From NCBI RefSeq assembly GCF_963921235.1, contig NC_086098.1, positions 5,828,001-5,892,000 on the forward strand: DNA of 64,000 bases. The letters run 5' to 3'. Made by a program: the position numbers and the translations under genes. Position 1 is the stretch's first letter. The number at the start of each line of letters is the position of its first letter. The notes under the pieces were generated by a model that did not search any database, was not told the DNA's origin, and saw only the letters and a list, made by a program, of their open reading frames with translations. This stretch comes from Mobula hypostoma. Its lineage: Eukaryota. Positions 49,835 to 62,894 of this stretch are shown one piece after another.

Positions 49835-50459
49835 TACCCCTCTCTCATTTTAAATACATGCATGCCCTCTTCATTTGATCACCAGGGATGACCGGTATTA
49901 TGTGTAAGGCAGTATTCATTGCAAGGGTTTTTATTAATCAGATCCAACAATCATGAACACTGGATTAACATTTAAAACACTGCAGCCTTTTTGTGCTGGA
50001 TTTATTGACAGTCTCCGGATTGCTGGGAGTGAAGTACAGCATGATTAAGTAGAGACTCAAGGTCAAGGAGTTTGTCTGAAAAATGGTAAACATGATGCTG
50101 GAACAGGAGAGTGGGAATGCTGTGGTCAATTATTGGATTGCAATTTGTATCTTGTGACAAAAAAATCAAATGATCAATAATTTATCCTGAGTCATTTGAT
50201 TATACTCGGATCACAGATGTACTAAAGATTCCAGATAAAGTTTATTTATCCCATGTACATCGAATCATACAGTGGAATGCTTTATTTGCATTAATAACCC
50301 AAGGATGTGCTTGGGCAGCCACCAGCATTGCCACATAACCCAGCACCAGCATACTTACAGGCCTGGGGCACAGGCTCCTGGCAGCAGCTTGCCAGAGACT
50401 TCTGTTCTGAGCCAGTCTTTCAAGTTAGCTCATCTTCAAAGAACCCATCTCTCCCAGGG

Positions 50460-53052
50460 ATGAGGAATTTGGAGCTTCTGCTGGCATTTCTATAGCTCTG
50501 GGTTTCTTTGGAAGGAGGCCCATGCCCAACCCTCCTCCTTTGATGCCTTGAAGGGCTGCTTTGAGGTTACCGACTGGAATGTGCTTTGTGAACTGTATGG
50601 GGAGGACATTAACGAACTTACTGATTGCATCACTGGCTCCATCAACTTCTCTGTGGACACTGTAATACATCAAAGACTGCTTGCTGCTTCCCTAACAAAC
50701 CATGAGTCACCAGTGATCTAAAGGCTCTTCTCAACCACAAAAAGAGAGCCTTTAGATCAGGAGAGAGGGAGGAATTGAAACCAGTGCAGAGGGAGCTAAA
50801 GGAGAAGATCAAGGTGGCTAAAGAGGAATACAGGGGAGAGCTGGAGAACAAACTTGGGCAGAGTAGCACAAGGGAGGTGCAGAGAGGCACGAAGAGCATC
50901 ACTGGCTTCAATCAGCCCAGCTGTAGAGCCTCAGAATGCAGCTGTGAATGCTCTAATTCACGGCGGGAGGAGAAGATGGCAGCACGCCTGAGCGTGCGCA
51001 GCCCTCCGGTGAAAAATGATATTGTATTGGTTAAATAGGGGCTGTGGACAATTCTGATTTGATGGAGATGGACGCGAAAGCACAGAGGAACATCTGGAGA
51101 AATTTCTGAAACGCTTGTTCTCTGCTGTCATTACTGCATGGCCGGGAATCTTTCGGAGGGTAGGCCTCAAAATCCCCGGCCATGCCTGCTTTTGGCGACC
51201 GAGAAGGAGATCCAATCGTTCGGACAGAGATGGCGCTCAGTACTCGGTGTCGGACAGCTGATTAGAGCTCGAAGTTTTCGAATGACTCAGAGTCGGATTG
51301 AGGTCAGCATGGCAGGGAGAGTCTTTCTTCCTTCTCCTGTCTGCGCGAGATGTGGGACATTTGAGATACTTTGAACTTTACTGTGCTCATGGACTTCTTC
51401 ATCAAGTTATGGTATTGTTGCACTGTTGTAACTATATGTTATAATTAGGTGGTTTTGTCAGTTTTTTCAGTCTTGGCCTGTCCTGTGTTTTGTGATATCA
51501 CACCGGAGGAATATTGTATCATTTCTTAATGCATGTATTACTAAACGACAATAAAAGAGGATTACATGTCTTCATAATCTAATGAGTTAAACCAATTCTT
51601 TAATAGGTTTGATAATTGCCCCCCCGTTCACACCCCCCTCCAAACACCAGTCTTGGCGTAGAGGCCCTCGGCGATCCCTCAACACCAATGCATCCCCTCC
51701 ACACGGCTCCCCACTCTAATTCAACAGCTGGATGAACAGCACCGGCTACCACTGTCTATATCCCTTCCTTGCTCTGCATCCACCATCCACATATCAACTG
51801 CTATTCTCCCAATCTCCACCTCCCCAAGCTCCCACTTTCCGTCAACTCCCCAGTCATCATGAACTCACTTTCACTACTGATCAGCTGAGGAGGGCTCTGG
51901 GGAAACTCAAGCACGGCAAAGCATTGGGACCGGATGGTGTGAACCTGAATGTCCTGAAGGAATATGCTGAGCAGCTGTGTGGAGTTCTCCAGAGCATTTT
52001 CAATCTAAGTCTCAGCTTGGAAAAGATCCCAACTGTGCAGAAAACATCACGTGTGGACCCAGTACCCAAGAAGGAACAACCAAAAGTCTGGAATGACTAT
52101 TGTCCAGTGGCCCTGACCTCATACATCATGAAGAACCTAAAGAGTCTGGTCCTGGCTCACCTCCAACCCCTGGTCAGATCAACCCTCGATCCCCTATTGT
52201 TTGCTGACCAGGAACACTCTGCAGTCAACAATGTTGTTATCTACCTACTGAACAGAGCCTACTCCTAATTGGATAAGCAAGGCAAAACTATGAGGATAGT
52301 GTTTTTTGATTTCACATGAGCCTTCAATACCATACGGCCCTCATTGCAGGGAGAAAACTTCCTTACTATGCAGGTTGGCACTTCCATTGTATTCTCGATA
52401 ATGGACTACCTGAATGGCAGACCACACAGTATGTGCGGTTTCAGAGCTGTGTGTCAGACATGGCTCTAAGCAGCACAGGAGCCCCATGGAGAACTGTATT
52501 GGCTCCCTTCCTGTTGACCATGTATACCTTGGACTTTAGATATAACAGTGAGTCATGTCATCTGCAGAAATTCTCTGATGACTCAGCTATAGTTTGATGT
52601 ATAAAGAGAGGACAGGATGATGAATTCAGGGCCCTGGTGGAGGACTTTGTTAAATGGGGCAAGCTAAATTGTCTGCAGCTCAATATTAGTAAGACAAAGG
52701 AGATGGTGATGGACTTTAGGAAGACTAAGCCTGCACTGCTCCCTGTTACTGTTGATGGTGAGGACGCTGATGTGGTTAGGACCTACAAGTACCTGGGGGT
52801 GCATCTGGATGACAGACTTGAGTAGAGCACCAACACAGAGGCTGTGTACAAAAAGGGCCAGAGTCGCATCTACTTCCACAGGACACTGAGGTCCTCTGGA
52901 GAATGCAGGCCCCTCCTTCATATGATCTACCAGTCTGTTGTCCCCAGTACAATCCTTTATGCGGTGGTGTGCTGGGGCAATGGCATCAATATTGGTGATG
53001 CCAACAGGCTCAATACACTGATTAAAGAGGCTGGCTCTGTTGTAAGAGTTAA
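50460..53052 (+). mobile_element. Rex1/Babar-like LINE ORF (post-APE region and RT), decayed
   Basis: KHGKALGPDGV...LKEYAEQLCGVL...PVPKK...PVALTS, then STGAP..TVLAPFL...QKFSDDSAIV and KTKEMVMDFR. Confidence 0.88.
50958..51577 (+). mobile_element. Non-autonomous retroposon of about 0.6 kb (5' GGAGAAGATGGC, 3' AATAAA and ATCTA tail)
   Basis: Interrupts the Rex1-like ORF. Flanked by TCTAAT at 50952-50957 and 51578-51583. Diverged reverse copy at 61345-62040. Confidence 0.75.
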
Positions 53053-54378
53053 CTATACAAGAAAGAATGCATAATTTATGCCACAAATCACTATGTACAG
53101 AATGTTCCAAATCTGACAAGGAAGTGAGGAAATACAGTAAAAGCAAACACTTTGAGATATCAAAGTAACACACACGAAGTGCTGGAGGAGCTCAGCAGGT
53201 CAGGCAACAGCTATGAAAATAAATAAACGGTCGACATTTTAGGATGAGACCTTTGATCAGGCCCTTATGAAGGGACTCAGCCCAAGCAGCATTTTGTGTG
53301 TGTTACTCTGGGTTTGCAGCATCTGCAGAATCTTTTGTGTTTATGGTGTTAAGAGACAATCTTCAAAGATTTAGGGAATACACATATAAAATGAGTGTTT
53401 AAAAGAAGCTGACTACTGGTGAATACAGAAGGCAGCTTCTGAATAATTAGATTTTAAAACACATCACAGTACAGGCCCTTCGAGCCAAATGTTGTGCAGA
53501 CCGGTTAACCTACTCTACGATCAATCTAACTCATCCTTCCTATATGGACCTCCGCTTTCTGTCATCCATGTGCCTATGCAATTGTTTCTTAAATGCAGAA
53601 TCTCTTGTGCTTAGATATGAAAGATGTCAAGGGATTTATGTATTAATACAGGGAAGTGGGGCTGAGCGAAAAGATGAGTTGTGATCTTATTGAATGTCAG
53701 GACTAGCCTGAGGGGCTGAATGGTCTTCTCTTGATTTTATTTCCTATTTTCTGATCTCGGGAATGATGATGCTAGTGAGGCACAATGGGGATGCCAAGAT
53801 AAAAACCAGCTTCAATCAGGCTGGAAATAGAAAATGACTAGTGCAAGTCATCGCGGTAACCGGCCAATGAAGAAAATCCATGCTGACCTGAAAGGCCAAT
53901 CAGATATCTTAGTACTTCTTAGCCAATCAGCATCTCCTGACAGATTAGTCCTTACAGGTATGTTAACAGATATGATGATCCTATCAGATCTGCTTATCCT
54001 CGGAGACAGATTACAGATTTGCAGTGAATTATTTTCTGAATCTATTATAAGCTGTTTAATTCATTTTAAACCATAGGACTATGTATGATAATTGTAAGCT
54101 ATGCTCCTTCCTGCAACCTGTAATTAATTTCCAAAAAACTCCAGGAGCTTTCCTTTGAATACTAATTATCACACTCTCTATAACTGATTCTTTCTCTTGC
54201 ATTAACCTAGTTAAGTGTAACTTGCTCAGGCAATTTAATAAACAAGGATTAACACACAAAATGCTGGGGGGACTCAGCACGTCAGACAACATCTATGGAA
54301 ATCAGGCCAAGACTCTTCATCAGGACTGGAAAGGAAGGGGAGAGATGCCAGAATGAGAGGTGAGGGAAGGGGATGGAG

Positions 54379-55219
54379 CAGCAAGGGAGATGAGGCTGAG
54401 TACAGGGCTACGGTAGGAAACTTTGTCACATGGTGTGAGGAGAATTATCTGCAGCTTAATGAGAAAAAGACTAAGGAGCTGGTGGTAGACCTGAGGAGAG
54501 CAAAGGTACCAGTGACCCCTGTTTCCATCCAGGGGGTCAGTGTGGACATGGTGGAGGATTACAAATACCTGGGGATACGAATTGACAATAAACTGGACTG
54601 GTCAAAGAACACTGAGGCTGTCTACAAGAAGGATCAGAGCTGTCTCTGTTTCCTGAGGAGACTGAGGTCCTTTAACATCTGCCGGACAATGCTGAGGATG
54701 TTCTATGAGTCTGTGGTGGCCAGTGCTATCATGTTTGCTGTTGTGTGATGGGGCAGCAGGCCGAGGGTAGCAGACATCAACAGAATCAACAAACTCATTT
54801 TGTAAGGTCAGTGGTGTTGTGGGGATGGAACTGGACTCTCTGACGGTGGTGTCTGAAAAGAGGATGCTGTCCAAGTTGCATGCCATCTTGGTCAATGTCT
54901 CCCATCCACTACATAATGGACTGGGTGGGCACAGGAGTACATTCAGCCAGAGACTCATTCCACCGAGATGCAACACAGAGCGTCATAGGAAGTCATTCCT
55001 GCCTGTGGCCATCAAACTTTACAACTCCTCCCTTGGAGGGTCAGACACCCTGAGCCGATAGGCTGGTCCTGGACTTATTTCATAATTTACTGGCATAATT
55101 TACATATTACTATTTAACTATTTATGGTTCTATTACTATATATTATTATGGTGCAAATGTAATGAAAACCAATTTCCCCCAGGATCAATAAAGTATGACT
55201 ATGACTATGACTATGACTA
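54379..55219 (+). mobile_element. Young Rex1-like LINE 3' fragment inside a PLE-derived fold-back element (about 54250-55612)
   Basis: ORFs 54353-54748 and 54819-55061. (TATGAC)n tail. Confidence 0.88.
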
Positions 55220-55611
55220 ATCTTGAAAGTGATATGTGAAGCCAGCTGGGTGGGGGAAGAGAGGTGAAGTGAGAATCTGGGAGGTAATAGGTGGAAAAGA
55301 TAAAGGACTGAAGAAGAAGGAAGCTGATAAGAAGAGAGAGTGGACCATGGGACAAAGGGAGAGAAGGATGGCATCAGAAAAAGGTGATGTCAGGTGAGAA
55401 GAAAGGAAGGGGCTAGAGGGGAGCCAGCTGCTCTCACCTATCACCTACTACCTTGTGCTCATTTCCTTGCCTCCACCTTCTTCTTCCCCCTTCCTTTTCA
55501 GTCCTGATGAATGGTCTTGGACTAAAACTTCAACTAATTATCCCTTTCCATGGATGCTGCCTAGCCTGCTGAGATCCTCTAGCATTTTGTGTGTGTTGCT
55601 CTAGATTTCCA

Positions 55612-58062
55612 ACATAAGATTATCATATAGGAGCAGAATTAGGCCATTTAGCCCATTGAGTCTGCTCCACCATTTATTTCAGTATGACTGATCCAATTTT
55701 CCTCTCAGCCCTTATCTCCTGCCTTCTCCCCATATCTCTTCATGCCCTGACCAGTCAAGAGTCTATCAACCTCTGCCCTAAATATATATATATAAAGGCT
55801 TGGCCTCCATAGCTACCTGTGGCGGTGAATTTCACAGACTCGCCACTCTATGGCTATAGGTGCTCCTCTTCATTTCCGCATCCACTCTATCAAGGTCTTT
55901 CACCATTCGTTAGATTTCAATGAGGGCACCCCTCATTCTTCTGAACACCAACGAATACAACCCCAGAGCGATTAAATGCTCTTCATATGACAAGCTATTC
56001 AATCCCGGAATCATTTTTGTGAATCTCCTTTGAACCCTCTCCAGTTTCAGCACATCCAAATGAGGCCTCACCAGTGCTTTATAAAACCTTAAAATTACAT
56101 CCTTGCTTTTATATCCTAGCCTCTCAAAATAAATGTGAACATCTCATTTGCCTTCCTTAACACAGACTGAACCTGCAAATTAGCGTTTAGGGAATCTTGG
56201 TCAAAGACTCCCAAATCCCTTTGCACCTCAAACTTCTGAATGCTCTCTCCATTTAGATGATAGTCAACCCTTTAATTTCTTCTACCAAAGTGCATGGGCC
56301 ATACAGATTCTGTCACTGTATTTCATTTGCCATTTCTTTGCCCATTCCCCTAATTTGTCTAAGTCCTTTTCTAGCCTCTCTACTTCCTCAAAATTACCTG
56401 CCTCTCCACCTATCTTCATATCATCTGCAAAGTTTGCAAGAAAGCCATCAATTCCATCATCCAAATCATTGACATATTACATAAAAAGAAGTGGTCTCAG
56501 CACAGACCCCTGTGGAACACCATTAGTTACCTCTAGCAGCCAACCAGAAGATACTCCCTTTATTCCCACTCTCTGCTCCTGACAATCATCCAATTCTCTA
56601 TCCATGCTCGTATCTTTGCTCTAATACCTTGTGCTCTTAATGTGTTAAGGCCTAGACAGAGTAGATATGGAAAAGGTGTTTCCCATGGTGGTGGAGTCTA
56701 GGACAAGAGGGCACAACTTCAGGATAGAGTGGTGTCCATTTCAAACAGAGATGCAGAGAATTTTCTTTAGCCAGAAGGTGGTGAATTTGTGGAATTTGTT
56801 ACCACGGGCAGCTGTGGAGGCCAGGTTGTTGGGTGTATTTAAGGCATAGATTCTTGATTGGACATGGCATCAAAGGTTATGGTGAGAAGTCTGGGGAGTG
56901 GGCCTGAGGAGGGGAAAAAAGGATCAGCTATGATTGAATAGTGGAGTAGACGTGATGGGCCAAATGGCCGAATTCTGTTCCTATGTCTTATGGTCTTATC
57001 TGTGGCACCTTGTCAAAGACCTTCTGAAAATCTAAATCCACAACATCCATCAAATCTTCTTTGTTTATTCTACCTGTACTTTCTTTAAAGATTTCAAACA
57101 GACTTGCAGACAAAATTTTATCATGTGTCTCAAAGTACCCCAAAACCATATCCTCAACAATCAACTTCAATATCTTTCCAGCCCCTGAGGTCAGACTAAC
57201 TGGTCTATAATTCCCTTTCTTCTGCCTTTCTTCTTTCCTGAAGAGTGGAGCGACATTTGCAATTCTCCAGTCTTGCGGAACCATGCTAGAATCAAATGAT
57301 TCTTGAAAGAACATTACTAATGCCTTCACAACCCAGCCTCTTCAGTCACCTCTTTGAGAACCCTGGGGTGCACACCATCTGATCCAGGTGACTTATCTAC
57401 ATTCAAACCTTTCAGTTTCCCAAGAATCTTCTCTCTAGTAATGGCAAATTTCACACCGCTGACTCCTGGCACTCTGAAACTTCCAGCACACTGCTAGCAC
57501 CTTCTGCATTGAAGACTGATGCAAAATACTTGTTCAGTTCGTCCGCCATTTCCTTGTCTCCCTTTACTACCACTCCAGCATCATTGTCCAGTGGTCCAAT
57601 ATTACTGGCTACATACCTTCATATTCTGTCTTTTCATTCTTGAAGGTTTTTTTAGTTGCCTTCTGTTGGTTTTTAAAAGCTTCCCAATCCTCTAATTTTT
57701 GCTGTATTATATACCCTCTCTTTGGCTTTTATGTTGGTGTTATGTTCTGTTGTCGGCCATGGTTGTGTCATCCTGCCTTTAGAATACTTCTTCCTCTTTG
57801 GGATGTATATCTCCTGAACCCAAAAATTCCAGCCACTGCTGCTTTGCCAGCATTCCTGCCAGTGTTCTTTTCCAATCAATCTTGGGCAGTGCCTCACACA
57901 CGTCTCTGGAATTCCTTTTACTCCACTGTAATATTGATACATCTACTTAGCTTCTCCTTCTCAAATTGCAAGATGAATTCTATCATATTTTGTTCACTAA
58001 GGCTTCCTTTACCTTAAGCCCCCTAATAAATTCCAGTTCCTTGCACAACACCCAATCCAGAA
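55612..58062 (-). mobile_element. CR1 ORF2, decayed, with a plus-strand CR1 3' end nested at about 56649-56997
   Basis: Minus-strand ORFs 56282-56464, 56988-57329 and 57673-57942. Plus-strand ORF 56667-56849. Confidence 0.85.
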
Positions 58063-58169
58063 TATACGCTCCTTATTGTAATTTATAGTTTTTGCTACTA
58101 TTTATTGCAACATACTGCTGATGCAAAACAACAAATTCCATGACATACAGCATGCTACTGATATGAAAC

Positions 58170-58430
58170 TGATTCTGATGTACCTTGAAACACTGAAAAA
58201 TAGCTCTGAAATGCATCCTTTACATCAATGACCAACACAGTCTGAGTATTGTACTGGGGATGATCCACGAGTGTCACCACGCTTCTGGTGCCAAACTGGT
58301 ATGTCCGCATCTCGGTAACCTTAACCTGTGCATCTTTGGAATGTGGGAGGAAACCAGAGGAGCCGGAGGAATCCCATGCTGTCACAGGGACAAGGTACAA
58401 TCTCCTTCCAGACAGCAGCGGGAATTGAAT
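58170..58430 (-). mobile_element. V-SINE-like fragment
   Basis: ctttggaatgtgggaggaaaccagaggagccggaggaatcccatgc is the reverse complement of the V-domain. Confidence 0.7.
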
Positions 58431-58855
58431 CAGAATAAGATTCGGAATCCGTATCAGAATCAGAATCGGAATCAGAATCAGGTTTGTTACCATTGGCATT
58501 CATTGTGAAATCTGGTGTTTTGTGGCAGAAGTACACTGCAATACATAAAATGTTCTATATACTATGCAATGAGTAATATACACACTGCAAAATTAAGTAT
58601 TGCAAAAATGAACAAGAATAGTGAGGTAGTTTTTATGGTTCTTTGATCGTTCAGAAATCTGATGGTCTACTGCTTCCTCTCCCAATCACTGGCGCAGTAA
58701 AGCATTATGCTAGCCACTTTACCACTAAACCTCCCACCCACAACCCTACTTCCACCTTGTTTGTTTTTCCAATGTCTGGGAGAGATCTAAGAACCTGATA
58801 AAGGCTTATCTTTTATCACATAATCGAAAAAAATGCCTTTTTCCTGTTAGATGTA

Positions 58856-59403
58856 CCACTTTATTAGGTACACCTGTATGCCTATTCATTCATGCAAATA
58901 TCTAGTCAGCAAATCATGCGGCAGCAACTCAAAGTATAAAAGCATGTGGACATGGTCAAGAGGTTCATTTGTTGTTCAGACCAATCATCAGAATGGGGAA
59001 AGAATGTGATCGAAGTGACTTTGACTTTGATTGTTGGTGCCAGATGAGTACCTCCAAAACTGCTGATCTCCTGGTAGTTATACACACAACAGTCTCTAGA
59101 GTTTACAGAGAATGGTACGCCAAACAAAAAGAAACATTAATTGAGTGGCAGTTCTGTGGGTGAAAATGCCTTGGTAATGAGAGCGGCCTGAGGGGAATGT
59201 CCAGACTGGTTCAAGCTGACAGGAAGGCAACAGTAACTTATATAACAATGTGCTACAACAATGATGTGCAGAAGAGCATCTCTGAATGCGCAACACATTG
59301 AACCTTTAAGTCGATAGACTACAGCTTCAGAAGATCAGAAATGTACACTCAGAGACCACTTTACTGGTACCCGAGGTGCCCAGTAAAGTAGCCTCTGAGT
59401 TTA
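58856..59403 (+). mobile_element. Non-autonomous Tc1-like element (second copy)
   Basis: MGKECDRSDFD...TADLL...TVSRVYREW. Homologous to 26797-27340. Confidence 0.8.
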
Positions 59404-60919
59404 CAACAATGGATAATATAAAATGTCTGACAAACTTCATGAACTAAGCTATCTGTAAAGCAGGAAAATGTTGCCATATATTAACAGTTATCTCCTTCAA
59501 AAGCTGTGTTGGTGATTTATAAATTAACATGCAATGTCAAAAGAAGTCAACAAATTTTACAGGAGACAGCCAATTTAATTGTGATCGAAAGAAAAAAATG
59601 AATAACCTTGCTACATAGAATTAGATTCACTGGTACATTGAATTATCAGACATTATTCTGAATTTTACATCACCTACTGTCAATACTAATTATTAGTTTG
59701 ATAAAGGCTTTCATTTAATATTCCAAATACATTACTGTCTCTCAGAGGCAGTCGATGCATTTTCCAATGTACGAGAGAAATACTGATGAAGATAAATGGA
59801 AATGAAGACCTTGAGCTTTCCAAGTAATCTAGCCGTTTTAATAAAAGGTCATTGATCTAAAAAAAAACTATTCTTCTCTCCCTACAGATGCTGCTTGACT
59901 TGTGTCTATTTCTGGCATCTTCTGTTTCTTTTTATTTTAGATTTACAACACAACATCTTATGTTTCAATGGAGAACCAGAAATATAACTAACTGGTACTA
60001 TAATTAACTGCCAGGAATTATTTAATTGTTGGCCCTCACCACTTGCACATCACCTCCCTCTGGTACCTCTCCTCCTCCCCCTTCTCCCATGGTCCACTCT
60101 TCTCTTCTATTAGACTCCTTCTTCTTCAGCCTTTTACCTCTTCTACCTATAACCTTCCTGTTTCTTACATCATTCCTTTTTATTTACTCTGTCTATCCTT
60201 CTACATTCCCTTTCTCTGCCAGCAGAAGTTTGGATCAGCACATGGATGGGAGAGGTATGATGTAGGTGTGACAAAATGTGACCAGACAGAATAACGTTTT
60301 GCATAGACCAGATGGGACGAAGGGCCTGTTGCTGTTGCCGTAGTGCTCTATGACTCTCGCCTGGGCTCACCTATCAGCTGCCCTGGCCACCACTCTCTTT
60401 TTATTCTGGCTTCAGACCTATTCTTTCCAGTCCTGATAAAGGGTCCCAGCCCCCAGTGTCGACCGTTCAATTTTCTCTGTAGGTGCTGCCTGATACACTG
60501 ATATTTGGGTGGAGAATCTTCACCAGGACTGGAAAGGAAGGGAGCAGAAGCCGAAATGAAATGGTACGTTTGGTCTGATGAACATTTTGGTCTAAAATGT
60601 TGACTGTTTTTTTCCACTGCATAGGTATCGCCTGATTTGCTGAGCTCCTCCAGAATTTTGTGTTTGAACATGTACAGTTCCCAACTCTGAGATAAGGATT
60701 CAGTGTGGATTATTCTTCTTCTGCTGATTGGCACTTTGAACCCTGTCTGCACTGACCTGACAGGTTTCAAATAAGCCCCATTCAACAGATCAGTCAGCAC
60801 CAGTGAAGAGGGAAACAACTAACATTTCATGCTGTAGACACCTCGTGGCCCTGGGATTTGGAAGGCAACTACTCCTTTCCTTCTGAACTCAGAATCCACA
60901 AAAGCAATGCTAACAGAAC

Positions 60920-61280
60920 CATCACCATTATCATTATGTGCCGTGTCATGTGACGTGGGCGATCATAGTCTCTGATCATGATTGTTCTTGGTAAATTCTT
61001 CCACAGAAGTGGTTTGCCATTGCCTTCTTCTGGGCAGTGTCTTTACAAGATAGATGACACCAGCCATTATCAACACTCTTCAGAGATTGTCTGCTTGGTG
61101 TCAGTGATCACATAAACAGGACTTGTGATATGCACTAGCTGCTCTCATGGCTTCACATGACATTGATCAGGGGGAAGGGGGTTAAGCAGGTGCTACACCT
61201 CTCCCAAGGGAGACCTGCAGGTTGCAGAGGGAAGGAGCACCTAACACCTCCTTTGGTAGAGACGTATCTCCACCCCGCTA
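60920..61280 (-). mobile_element. Short interspersed element with an RTE-like 3' end
   Basis: Reverse homologue of 42083-42317 joined to 43395-43548. Confidence 0.7.
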
Positions 61281-61344
61281 CAAGAATGCATATTGTATTT
61301 ATAAGGCTTTATCTTGCACACAAGCGTTCGTTGAACTTACTTAT

Positions 61345-62040
61345 ATTTAGATTATGAGAACACTCAGTCCTCTTTTATTGTCATTTAGAAATGCATACCT
61401 GCATTAAGAAATGATACAATGTTTCTCCGGAGTGATATCACAGAGAACAGGACAAACCAAAGACTAACACTGACCGAACCACATAATTATAACATATAGT
61501 TACAGCAGTGCAAAACAATACAATAGTTTGATGAAGAACAAACCATGGGCACGGTAAATAAAGTCTCAAAAGTCCCCGAGTTGATCGACTCCCGAGTCCC
61601 CTATAGCAGGCAGCAAAAGGGAGAAACTCCCTGCCATAAACCTCCAGGCACCGTCAACTTGCCGATACCTTGAAAGCAGCCGACCATAGCCGACACTGAG
61701 TCCATCCGTCTGAAAACTCCGAGCCTCTGACCAGCCCCTCCGATACAGCCTCCCGAGCGCCATCTTCTGCCGAGCGCCTTCGATCTCTCCCCGGCCGCTG
61801 AAACAAGCAAAGCCGAGGATTTCGAGGCCTTCTGCTCCGGAGATTCCGGTTACCACACAGTAGCAGCGGCAGCGAAGCGGGCATTTCAGAAGTTTTCCAG
61901 ATGTTCCTCCGTACTCTCACGTCTGTCTCCATCAAATCAGGATTGTGCACAGTCCCCTACTTGACAGATAACAGATATTTATTCACCGGAGAGGCCACGC
62001 GTGCTGCCGTCACGCCGCCATCTTCTCCTCCTCCTCCTCC
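61345..62040 (-). mobile_element. Non-autonomous retroposon (same family as 50958-51577)
   Basis: Shares both ends and the internal blocks with 50958-51577. CpG-rich 5' part. Confidence 0.75.
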
Positions 62041-62894
62041 TATATATAGTTCCAAAAAACATGACTAACAAAATCAATTACCTGCACTAAAGGATCATCT
62101 GGTGGATATTTATTTTTCACTTTTTTATTTAGAAATACAGTGTGGTAACAGGCTCTTCTGACCCAACGAGCCCATGCTGCCCATTTATACACGATTGACC
62201 AATTAACCTACAACCACCAGGTCCTGAACCAGTGTGGATAACTTCACTCATCTCAATGCTGAACTGACTCTACAACCCAAGCACTCACTTTCAAGGACTC
62301 CTCAATTCCATATTGCAGTATTTATTGACTTTCTCATTATTTGCACGATTTACCTCTTGCACATTGGTTGTTTGTCAGTCGTTGTTATTTATAGCTCTTC
62401 ATAAACTCAGTGTAGTTCTTTATTTTCCTGTAAATGGCTGCAAGGAAACAAGTCTCAGGGTAGGATAATGTGACAGGTATGTACTTTGATAATAAATTTA
62501 CTTCGGAAATCTGAACTTTGAACCCATTTTCCTTTGGGATGTTTGAAGAAACCGGAGCAGCCAGTGGAAACCCAAGCAGTCACAAGGGGAACATACAAAC
62601 TCTTCACAAGCAGTAGTGGAATTGAAGCCAGGTCACTGACTTTCTAACAACACTGCGATAACTGCTCCGCTTCTGTGCCACTTGTATCTGATATCTCATG
62701 GAGCAGATCTAAAACACTCATCCCAAGGTCAGGATTGCACTGCATAATGCAGATTTACAGCTATTTATCTCCCTTAAGAGACTCCCAGATAGATACATGG
62801 AGCTTAGAGAAATAGAGGGCTATGGGTAACCCCATAGGCTATGGGTAACTTTCAAAGAGATTTTTCACAGTGCTCAATAAAAATATATTCCAGT

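Noticed and set aside
58428..58481. Ser-Asp repeat ORF (58321-58536) resembling bacterial Sdr adhesins
   Set aside because: It is a (GAATCA)n microsatellite tail of a retroposon, also seen at 34211. There is no evidence of coding function.
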